Assembly: GCA_964057225.1 (NCBI GenBank)
Contig: OZ059894.1
Coordinates: forward strand, 9,920,001-9,984,000
Source of the DNA: Auanema rhodensis
Lineage: Eukaryota; Animalia; Nematoda
Length of the DNA: 64,000 nt
Reading direction: 5' to 3'
Below the pieces are notes generated by a model. It saw nothing but the letters and a program-made list of their open reading frames with translations. It was not told the origin of the DNA and made no database searches. Position numbers and translations under genes: made by a program. This document shows positions 52,302 to 64,000 of the stretch, piece after piece. How positions within the stretch are numbered: position 1 is the stretch's first letter; each line of letters starts with the position of its first letter.

Positions 52302-52828
52302 GTATGGAAAACTGAAAGATATGAAAAGAAGAGTATTTAAAAAGAAAATGAAATGTGAGACGAAATACATGACAAATTATTATCACATGAGATGTTGGGG
52401 TGTGAGACGAGCTTCTCTCCACTACTGGGATTGAGGACAATGCTTCAGATGCCATTAAACGGACAAGACAACTAATCTTCAATTATAGTAAAATGTTAAT
52501 ATGATTTGATGCAGCGTGGATGGAACAGATAACGATTGAAGCATTCACAACAGCCTAGACGACGGCGACGATATACGGATACGATGTCAGATTCGTTGGT
52601 GGTGGGAAGATTCAACCAATAGCACATACGATGAAATGAGGTAATTTGTCGTCTGAATGACAATGCCAAAGCATTCAAAAAAATGTCGTAGTAGCTGTTT
52701 AACGACGATCTCGCCTGCCCTTTGTTTCTAACTGACGACCAACTAAGCACTCTTTTCGGGTATTTGCCAATATATGCTGAAGCTAGAACTTCCAGAAAAT
52801 GTGGAAGAATAAAGGCAATTCAAAAAGG

Positions 52829-52860
<32 letters not shown>

Positions 52861-53427
52861 AAGAGAGAGAGTAGAGTCACCAATATTTTCAGGGAAAAGG
52901 CAAGCTATCGGATGACGGTGAGATGTAGACGTTGTTGGTAAGTTTGCGAGGAAAACCCTCCTAGACAAATGGATAAACAATGGATTCAGTTGACAGATTT
53001 TCTAAAGACTTTTAGCTGAATGACGTAAACAGACTTGACCATCAGTACACGATTAAAATAAAAGAAAATAGCTTGTGTGAAATGAAGGAAAAAGGTTCAA
53101 TTCGTAAGCAAACTCCTGGATGACAAGACGGATCAAGCAAGATTGGCAATGTGATTGAAATTTCAGTAAAGAAAATCTTTTTATCTTCGAAAAAAAGAAG
53201 GAAAATCTTCATTATTTCATGAATGTCGATGGAATAGTTGATATGAAAAGGAAAAATAAAACGATGAAAGCAGGCAAAAAAAGAGAAATAAACAGCTAAA
53301 TGTGAATATAGTGTTATGTGTAGTTCATTATTCAAAAATTGAAAAATTGCTATTTTTTTCTGAAAAAAAGAAGAAATTAAAGACAAATGATACTATTCTA
53401 GTGAAAGGGAGATGAAGCAAGAGAAAG

Positions 53428-53478
<51 letters not shown>

Positions 53479-53999
53479 TTAAAGAAAACTGAGTTCAAGT
53501 AAAGCATATTAATATGTAAGATATGGATAGTAGATAACAAAAAGGGTGAAAAGTTTGACAGCAAAATGAGCGAAGTTTTAGATCTAGTATGTCAGCTATC
53601 AAATACCACATTCTAAGCAACATGTGCATGAATTAATAAGAAGAAAAGTCATTGATGAATATGGTTATTGAGCTGAAAATTGGGTTTTCAAATGATTGGA
53701 CTTCATTTTTAGAAGAAAATGGCAAAGAGAAAGAGAGAGAGAAAGAGAGAAGAGTACGGGTGGGATGAGTGAAAGTGATAGTGAGAACAAGACAATTGGA
53801 GAAACAACTCTTTTGGCTCTTTATTAGTTAGTAGTAGCCACGTAGTAGCTAGGCAGCTGATGTGCAAAAACAGAAAGTAGCACTAATGCGATGAAGAAGA
53901 ATGGACATGCGCAAGATAGATGGAGAACATAGGAATGATAGATATGTATCTAGAAAGTAGAAGAAGATATAGTTTGAATGTAAAGAGAGAGAGAGAGCG

Positions 54000-54046
<47 letters not shown>

Positions 54047-54780
54047 AAGGATATCATCCAAAAAGAAGAATATATAAGTATAAAGAGATTTGAAAGCTTC
54101 ATTTTGAGAAGAAAAAACAAATTCAATATGATGAAGATAGTATTGGTGAGATTTGCGTAGTCATGTGAATGGACAAGCAGAGTCTTTAAAGTTGCAAAAC
54201 TAAAGTTTATTGAAGTTGTAATTAGAAAGTAAGTTGAAATTGAGAAAACAAAAGTACCAAACGTATTCTTTATATCTGAGATTGTGTACTATACTATATG
54301 ATATATAGGATACAATCGAAATCTTTCTGGAAATACACAGATACATGACGAACACAGCAACTACCTATTGTAAAATTTGGATAATTAATGTACTAATTAA
54401 AATGAAAAATTTGTATTTCATTAAAGAAAATTATTTTGATAAATAACTTGTTGGAAACGATATATCCGTCTAACCTATCACCCACATTAGAAGAGAGAGA
54501 GAGAGAGAGAGACAGAGACAGAGAGAGAGAAGATGTGAGAATGTTATAGTTTCGAGAAGATGAGATTGTTGAGATTTGACAAACCTATTGTAATCAAATG
54601 GTAAATGTAGTAATAAGCTGAAGTTTATCTCATATTTTCATAAAAAAAAAGAAAATTATCTTTCACATACACACACACGCATACACATACACACACACAA
54701 TATTGTAATCCTAAACTTCAGGTAAATGGTTGGAAGAATGTGAAGAGAAAGCAAGATTGAGAGAGAGAGAGAGAGAGAGA

Positions 54781-54825
<45 letters not shown>

Positions 54826-56840
54826 AAGAGGGGAATAAAGAGAGAGGGAGGGAGACGTGTTACATGAGTTACGTCAATCCAACAACTACATAAACACATG
54901 GAACTATATGAATTTATACATGAATTATATCAAAAATAACATATTTATATATAAATATGTTATACTATACTATAGTATATAGTAGAATATACTATATAAA
55001 CTATAAATAAAGTTTTTATTATCATTCAACACCATATTTCATACAAATTTCTAAAAGTTACAAAAGTAGAAAAAACTTGCTGACGTAATAGTAAACCTTG
55101 CCAAATTGCTGTTAATGATTTTGAATGAAATTTGATAAGATTCAAGAGAAAAAGTTTGGGAGAAGCTTGAAAGCCTCATTATGGAAATATCTAACCCTGG
55201 CATACATACCCATGTCAGGTAATACATGACACATTGAAGTTGCAAGCAAACATGCCAAATGCAACAGTAATGGGGCTAAGTAGGCGTACCTTGCATCTCT
55301 TCCCCCCTATCTCTCTCTCTCTTCCCACTTAAGAATCAAAAGAAGATTCAGAAGGAGAAGATAGTTGGATACATAGAAGAGAAGATGTACAGATGTATCA
55401 ATCTGTCTGGTTGTCTGTCCCGGAAGTAAGTTAAGAAGAAGAAAAAGTAGAGAAAGTTGGATTGTAATTGGATCAAAATCAGATTATTCTGACACAAAAT
55501 ATGCTGAAATATGATAAATTTCTATATTATATCACATAATTAAGAAGAAAAAAAAAGAAAAAATCACAAAATATGTGTTCATAACATAGAAATCTTTTAA
55601 AATTATATATTAGAAAGAAAAGAAAATATTATGAATATTATGAATTTTAAACTTTCTTGCAAAGATGTGCACTGTCGATAGCGATCATGCTTGCTCATCA
55701 TCATCATCATCATCATCATCACATTGAGCTTCCATGATGTTCAGCAAGAAGAAGACACACAGCTGTGTCCTCCTCCTCTCATCTTTCTCTATTTTGCACT
55801 ATTGTTTGTTATTTATTTGAATAAAAATTTGAAATAAAGAAAAAAAAGAAAACTAATGGATGAATTTTCGTGGAAAAATCTATTTGGTACTATCCATCTA
55901 TCCAGACTATATCATCGACTTTTGGACAAAGAAGAAGAAGAAGAAGAAGAAGCCTAAGTTGATGAGTAATGAAAGTATTTCTCTTTACGAATAAATAAGT
56001 TTGAAAGATGCTGTGAGACAGCAGCATTAGAATTTTCATGATCTTGAACTTTCCGTATTGTTCTATGAAACTTTCTCCAAATTATTCTTCCAAAATTTGG
56101 AAATATTTGGAAATTTTGATATGTTATTACTGCATTACTTTTGAAAAGATCTCATGCTTGAACTGCTTGATCACTCAAACTCATTGTTTTTCATCTCTTT
56201 TTTTTTCTTTTTCAGTTTGATCAAAATACAAATTCGGATGATTATATGAATTTTAAAAATAAAAATAATAATAGTTAAAAAGAAGGATGAGGAAGAAAAA
56301 TTATAATAAATGAGGAAGTAAATACTGGATAAGGAAAAAATGAAGAAAACGATGTAAAATATAGAAAAAAGTTGTATAAAATCAGTTTATAGAATATAAT
56401 ATATAATATATAAATTGTATATGTTAATAATTAGACTATTGATCAAGTTTTAATGGATGATATTCAACTCTAAGCTGCATAATTATCATCAAATGTGATC
56501 TATGAAAGAAAAAGCTGCCCGATAATCTGAGTTATGTAAAAAAATGAAAAATTACTGAGTCAATCAACTAAAATAAGAGAGTTTATTTCAAAATATATTA
56601 ACTATACTAGTTATAACATGAACATATTCTGTATGTTTTATGTATAGTTAATGCTTTACAAATGGTTTTTATTTCTGTGGATGAAGCAAAATATAATGTA
56701 TTGTATTGATGTCAACAAGAAAAATAAGATGAAGAGGAAGAAATACAAATTTTGAATTAGATTTCATTTCATATAATGAAAATATTGTAGGCCATAATAC
56801 TAAGAAACTATCAGAAGTTAGAGATAGCACATCGAAAAAC

Positions 56841-56888
<48 letters not shown>

Positions 56889-57521
56889 AAGCAAATGAAC
56901 TGTAGCATCCATCACATACAATACTACTAAAGCTTTAAGTAGCTAAAACTTTTCTTAAAATTCCATTATCTTTTGACTATATGACGAAAGACTACTAAAT
57001 AAGAATTAAAACCCCTTCTCACGATATAACATAATAGAATAAATTAAAGTTCATAAGTTGAAGAGGTCACAAATGAAAATGATGTAACATTGTTCTATGT
57101 TCAATGTCTTTAATGATCAAACATTAGGTTTCAACTTGAAATAATGTGGTTCAAATGGATAGCAGAGTAGTAAGAAGTCAAATTAATTCAAAACGAAACG
57201 ATAATTAGCTAAGAGAATGAAATATTTCAAATTCATATACTATATAGTATATCTTGTAGATGATAATATTAGATATTTCTTCTTCTTCTTCTCTCTCTCT
57301 CTCATACACACACACACACATCCATCTAAATGAATAAAAGGTAATACTTTAACTATAACTAGTATATAGTTATAATAGTTAAAGAATATAGTATTCTTAA
57401 CTTGAAAATAGAAGGAAAACTCAAAGAATTTCATGACTTCCACATGCAGTTTCCATATGCAGTTTCCATCAACAAAGATCATCATACTCAAAAATAAATG
57501 TAGTTTAATCAAATACAATAG

Positions 57522-57530
57522 GAGAGAGAT

Positions 57531-57606
<76 letters not shown>
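57522..57606 (+). repeat. (GA)n microsatellite
   Basis: Direct reading. Confidence 0.9.
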
Positions 57607-57607
<1 letters not shown>

Positions 57608-58256
57608 TGGGAGGTATAATTAATATTCATTTATTTTTAAAGCAAACAATAAACAAAAACAATATGTAGATGGAAAAGATCATGAGAAGCCTACCAATGT
57701 TATTTCTTTTTTAATTTTTCATGAAACTTATGATGAAAAGAAAAATAAAATAGTTTATGTCATCATCATCATCATCATCATCATAGGTATATTTCAAATA
57801 ATTAAGAGAAAAAAAAGAAATATCTATGAATGAATGACTGCATTTGCGTGAGAATTAACTAAAATTGTTCCAAAAAAACAGAGAATAATGACAAGAAATG
57901 TTTGAAAAAAAAAACTGAAATGAGTCTTCAACGTAGAAAACAGAATATGAGGGTCGAATTTGGGATGTGATGATGAACAGCATAATACCGATATCAATCG
58001 CTTCTACAATTGCTTGTGGCTTGGCTGTCATTCTGCTAGGTTCTTCAGCTATTTTGTCTTTTTTTGCTCATTCAATTGTGCAAATAGAAACAAAAAGAAG
58101 CTTTCTTTAGGATATGAGCTTTTCAAATTAAATTAGTCAAATCTACCATTCCAAATTATTTTTTTGGACTTATTTTCTTCCTTCTTCGTCTTCATTTTTT
58201 TTATTATTTATCCAATATATATATGAAGATGATGCTCTATTAAAAAAAATTAAAAA

Positions 58257-58257
<1 letters not shown>

Positions 58258-58303
<46 letters not shown>

Positions 58304-58568
58304 AAGGGAAAGAAGGAGAAAGAGAAGAGTATAAGAGGGAAGGAGAGAAGGGTATAAGAGAGAGGGAGATAAGGATAAAAAGAAGAGTATAAGAGGGAGG
58401 GAAGGGTATAAGAGGGATTGAAAAAAAGGTATAAGGGAGAGGGAGAAAAGGGTATAAGGGAGAGGGGGACAAGGGTATAAGAGGGAGGGAGAGAAGGAGA
58501 ACGATAAGGATATAAGAAGGAAATATAGAACGAAACGGAGAAGGAATGAGAGAAAGAGAGTGAGAGGT
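58258..58568 (+). repeat. Purine-rich degenerate minisatellite with recurring (G/A)GTATAAG(A/G)G core
   Basis: About 7 GTATAAG cores embedded in a GA-rich tract that follows a (GA)n run. Confidence 0.75.
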
Positions 58569-60084
58569 GAATTGAATATTATTCAAAAAACAATAAAATT
58601 ATTTTTTTTTCCAATTAATTAAAAGAAAAAAAAAGAAAAAGTATATTTACAACTAAATATCAAAAAATACATTCTTAAGGAACCTCCTGTTAAGCCTCAT
58701 CCATTAATATTTTTGCTTAAAAAATAAATTTTTTTCCTAGAATAATTGAATTATGCAGTCTAAGAACATCAATCTTTTTTAAGGATAAGTAGAGAGAAAA
58801 AATTTTGAAAAAGCAAAAACACAGTTGAAATCGAAATCGAAGATAAAACTTCAAGAATCATGCTACAAGTACTATTTACAACCTCTTAAGCGTTATGATA
58901 CGAAAAATTGAAAAATAATAAGAAAATGACCGAATATACTAAACTATATGCATATAGTTATCAGAAAAGAAGGAAGGAATTTCAAAAAAAGAAAAAGACT
59001 CTGTTCTTTGAGCAGTTGTCCGCTTAATGATTTTGGTGTAACAAACTACAAATTTATTTGAATTTTCAGTAGTTATTCAATTAATATAATATATTCTATT
59101 TAACTATTACATATAGTTAACTGTATATTCTAATATTTTAAAGTATAATTTAACTTAAAAAAGGATTAAACATGAATTAAAAGTTCAAAAAGTTGATTTC
59201 AGTTACGTCACATACTGACAATCAACTCATATATCTTCTTTTCTGATCTTTATTAACAATAGAAGTAAAGCATTATTGACAATTTACTAGATTTAGAAAG
59301 ATTAAAAAAGATTTGAAATCGTTGGATGTCAAAGAGAAATTAAACTATTTGGCCTTCTAAAAGATTGTCGGAAGTGAAGGAATGGTGATATTGGCAACAA
59401 AATGTCATCAAAACCATGCTGTAACTTAGTGAATGATTCAAGGCTTCATTTAAATATTTAATTTTACATATGAAATATTTTTAAAATTTGATCAAAAATT
59501 ATATTTGCCCATTATATCTGATCGAATTAAAGAAAAATGAAATATCATATTCTATTGAAAGAAAAATGATTGCAGTGATTAAAAAAAAGAAAAAAACATA
59601 AGTTGGTGCCTACAACTCGTGTTGAAACTTGATGAGAATGTTGGATATGATGATAGAAGTAGGAGCTTTTCTTCTCTTCTAATATTCAGTTTCAAATCAT
59701 GAAAATAGTTTTTTTGATGGAAGAAAATGCAAATTATAACAAATAGATAAGAGAAATCTTCTTTGAAAATGCTAGAGAGTATGATGAGTGTTTGGAAATA
59801 TAATTTGGAATAACAATTCCAAGAAAATTGGAAAAAACATGCTTCTGAGTGCAATGTTGCTTGAATATTAAATTTGAACATATTATTAATCGGCAGCATA
59901 TTTATAATGCTTGATATATTCAAATAGCCAAAACACTTATCAGAAATGTCATCAAAAAACAAAATTTTAATCTCAGACATGAATTCATGTATGTCAAAAT
60001 TTCATGAAGAAAGTTGATACATCTTCTTGGCTTCACTCCAAGAGAATCATTTGAACAGAGGCTCAATGAGAGTGCTCATACCTA

Positions 60085-60130
<46 letters not shown>

Positions 60131-63100
60131 CGTATCAATTTCAACTTGAAGACTATCTATGGTGTGAATCCAAAAATGAGAATGAGAAAATAGGAAAACG
60201 AATCGAATGAGTACGATTTTCACAAATCTTGTCAGGATATTCGTACTTTGTTAACAACACATTGAAAGAGAAAAGTGTCATTGATTCTATAAAATATTAA
60301 AGAAATAACTTATTTGAAGTTTGATTCAACTATGATGCAATGACGAACACCCTGATTCTTTGATATGTAGTTTACATACCACATACACGTCACTTTCAAA
60401 TCTTATTAAGGAACTGACGAATAGACTGATGTAGCTCATACATCCTTACATAGCTTAATCACAATAGCTGAAGAATTGAATTTCTTTATTCAGCTGATTG
60501 TCATTACATTTCAGTTGACTACCCTAAAAGGTATAAGTGAGCTATAACTATACATATAGTTGTTATAAATGAATAGTTAAGCATAATACATATAATATTA
60601 TGTGCTAAATATATAAAATATATACGGATTTACCGCATAATTATTAAAAAATTAAAAAGTTAAAATAAATATTTCAAATATTTATCAAAGTGCAAAAGAC
60701 CTAAAAATATGATTTTTCAGCTAAATTAGAATTTAAACAAGATTTTTTGCATAAATTATAATAAATAACTAATTATATATGAAGTTGAGGGTGATAAAAT
60801 ATAATTAATAGTTAGTTAGCCAAAGAAGATTAGGTTAATCTTTAGATAATTTGATAATAATTTAATAAAACAATTACTTGAGCATTATTTATATCAAAGA
60901 AATAATATAGATGAAATTATATATTTATTTTATATAATTTCCAACAAAGGGAAGCTCTTCAAGCTTGTATAAACATGTGTTTCATACAGTCGACTGATAT
61001 TAAGCATATGTAACTCATATGAAACACTACAAGAAAGGAATTGCAACAAAAAACGAAATACTGTACATCTAGTAAAGCCTAGTGATGCACGTAAGAAGAT
61101 GCCAAAAATAAAATCTGCTCGAACTTCTGCAGTTGGTCAACATTGACAACAAGCACACAACATCTTCTGCATATTCAAGCATTTTTTTCGAATTTCAATA
61201 TTATGCAAAATGAGTTGACAATATAAAAAGTTAAAAATTCCAAACATGACGTTGTTGGATCTTCTAACATGTGTATGATGTGATTTAGAAATTGCATGTA
61301 AACAGCTAGCTACTACAACCGTTTGCGTCAAGAGTATGCACATTCAAAAAGGCCAATTTGAGATCTTTCTAGCTTTACGTGAACATATGCTAGACACGTC
61401 TAAGCAATATGTTAATCAAGCTATACTTCATTAGAATACGAGTTGGTATTAGACGTATACGTGTATGTACGACGTAAAATATTGAAAATTTTGAAATATT
61501 GCCTTTGTAATATGAATAAATCGAAAAATAGTTTTTCCATTTTCAGGAAAAAGATGAATCAAAAAAGGATGTGGTGGCAGCACAAAAAATGATAAGATAT
61601 TCAAATGAAGTAAATAAATGTTTGTTGTTGTTGTTGTTGTTGTTGTTATTGTTGTTGTCGTTATTGCAAACAGTACATTTCGCTTTAAAATATGAATAAA
61701 TATTCAATGTTTATGTTATATTATATTAAATAAAAATAAAATATATATTTAAATGAAGTTTGATCTGTTATATCTAATCTTTGATTATACTTGGCTGCAA
61801 GATTGGTATCATTATAGCTCTTGTCTTCCTACCGTATCCCCAAAGAACTGTATTAATATTTTAAGATTACTGTAGTTGATGTTGAAGAATATTTGAGATT
61901 GTTTGAACTTATTTTATATTATTCACTTTCACTACTACTATTTCTTAAACAATATTTTTCGTTGCGAAAAAAAAGTCTAAAGCAGTAAGTTCAAGAGCTT
62001 TTCAAATTTAAAAATATACTCATCATCTCTCAACTAAGATTATACAAAAAGTAAATATTAATATAAATAGAAGAACATAAGAATTATAAGTAGAAGAGAT
62101 TGATATATATGGGTGAAGAAGTATGTATATAGACTGTCTGCCAGAAATAACAATGTCCGGATAGGAGAAATTTCAAATTTTGCGGGGCTTATCTGCATTT
62201 CGACAATTTGGGGCTTCATTAAATTTCATATTTGCTACAAGTGACGACAGAAAAAAAAGAAAAAAAAGAACGAAAGATGAAGCATTCCTTGGTTTTTCTT
62301 GTCAACTCATCGAAATCGCTACAGCTTAATCAAGAGAAAAACAAACTATTTTCTCAGGAGCACGATTAAAACAAAACTCTTGGAACAATTGAAAAAAAAT
62401 GTTTGAAGAGAGATAACAAGCAATCGAACAGATATGCGACAAGCTGGATTGCGTTGGTGTGATTTTCAGAATTTTCAGCAATCATTAATCAGCTGCCGTG
62501 CAAATGGCAAAGGTCCCGGTCCAGTGCTGAGCATCGCTACTTTGCTGTGTCTTTCAACTAATTGGACAATCATATGTTTAAGAAAAGACACATTGTCACA
62601 CAGTTAAGATGTATAGTATAGAAAATGAAGATAAAAAAATATATAAAATAGCAGATCAGAAAGATGAAGAAAAAGATAAAGAATGAGGAGAATGAATTGA
62701 GAAGTGTGGGTGGGTAAGTAGCGATAAAGAGAGGGTAATAAAAACCAAAGAAATAGTGAGGATAGGGAGGAGATACATGGGAGGGTAGAGGATGTAACAA
62801 AGATCTTATTGGCTTGTTAGCTCCACCTTCAGAAAGCATAAAAAGTATAAAGATATTTGAGTATGTTGTTCATGTATGCATCTCCTCATAACTTTTGTTC
62901 AAAAAGGAGGGAACAAATTGATGAAAAGCGACTCAATTTCATTTTCATCAATCTCCTTTTATACACTTTGCTTTGAACTTTTCGCTTTTTTTTCATTCAG
63001 TCTTTGTTCCCGGTTCCTATCTTTCTCTCTGTGATTGCTTCCATCTAAACTTAGTCTTACTCTGACACAATTGAGGATCCTCAAACCCCCTTATTCGTTT

Positions 63101-64000
63101 TACCAACAATTTGAAACAAAAGAGAATTTTAAGAGATTGAACATACATATGAATACTAAGAACAATACAAGAAAATGAGAAAAAACTGACTTAAACAAAA
63201 AATTGCCAAACTACAACCGTATCTGAGCGAATAATATATGAAAAATGATTTAGATCACGCGAGATTTACGTGAAATTCACGTAAAAAATGAAAATGTATG
63301 CTTACAATTAGAATTTCTTCTTGATGCCATCTGCCTCTGATGCTTCTTTTTCATCTTTTTTTCTACTTGCTTGGTTGATTCCACGAGAACATAGACAATT
63401 AACCATTTCAAACAGGTGTTAGAGATAGAAACAAGCTTTGATGAGAAGCTGCTCAATCACACAAACACACACACGTACATACACATACTCTCCGCCCGAG
63501 GGCAAAACGATAGCATGGAAAAGATAAACGAAATAGAGAAAGAACATAATACAAGAAATGGATGACGAAGTAAACATCTAGCTGAGAAAGCAATAACGTA
63601 TTTGAATTTGAATGAATAAATTTGTATTATGTAAATTAATATGAACATCATCAATACTTATACTTTCGCTAACACCTAAACCATTCGTAGCCACTCCCTT
63701 GCTCCCACCTCTTACTCCTTTCTCTCAATACTCCAAGACACATAAGACATATTCTAAGAGAAGAAGATGAAATGAAGGACTATTCCAACGAAAACTAAAT
63801 AGAATCATGCTTTCACTTCATAGCCGGAGAGCTGAGAAAAGGAAATCAGAAGAAGATGACTTTACGCTGCTGTACGGGTCAACGAACGGCGCCTGCTCAC
63901 TCAATCTATTTTTATATGAGTATGGCTGTGAGCAGTCAGTGATTTGTTCAATCTCTCTTCATCTCATTACTATTTCCTAGCTTCATCCTATCGTTTCTTA

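Noticed and set aside
62105-62130. AAGAAGTATGTAT resembling the 3' half of miR-1
   Set aside because: The seed TGGAATG is absent and there is no hairpin partner

Overview
Eukaryotic, AT-rich, microsatellite-rich DNA that looks like a rhabditid nematode (TTTCAG/TTTTAG acceptors, introns mostly ~42-55 nt). I can support two genes, arranged convergently. (1) A complete ryanodine receptor gene (unc-68/RyR ortholog) on the + strand from ATG 129 to TAG 32883, with an ~8 kb first intron and about 100 small exons. (2) An 11-exon DMSR/myosuppressin-receptor-like neuropeptide GPCR on the - strand (40211..37435, 427 aa). Positions ~40.3-64 kb are a gene-poor region rich in (GA)n. The strongest signal, invisible in the ORF track, is a set of hidden, frame-compatible alternative exons in the enlarged RyR introns. 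The best of these is a duplicated, mutually exclusive exon pair (26585-26697 vs 27123-27232) that swaps the calmodulin-binding helix; the second copy lacks the cysteine equivalent to RyR1 C3635. Other candidates are cassette/micro-exons of 30, 45, 60, 117 and 285 nt and an alternative first exon. A dispersed palindromic ACGT-cluster element and strand-polarised microsatellites are also noted. All exon calls were made by eye from splice signals, reading frame and remembered RyR homology; none is confirmed by transcript data.
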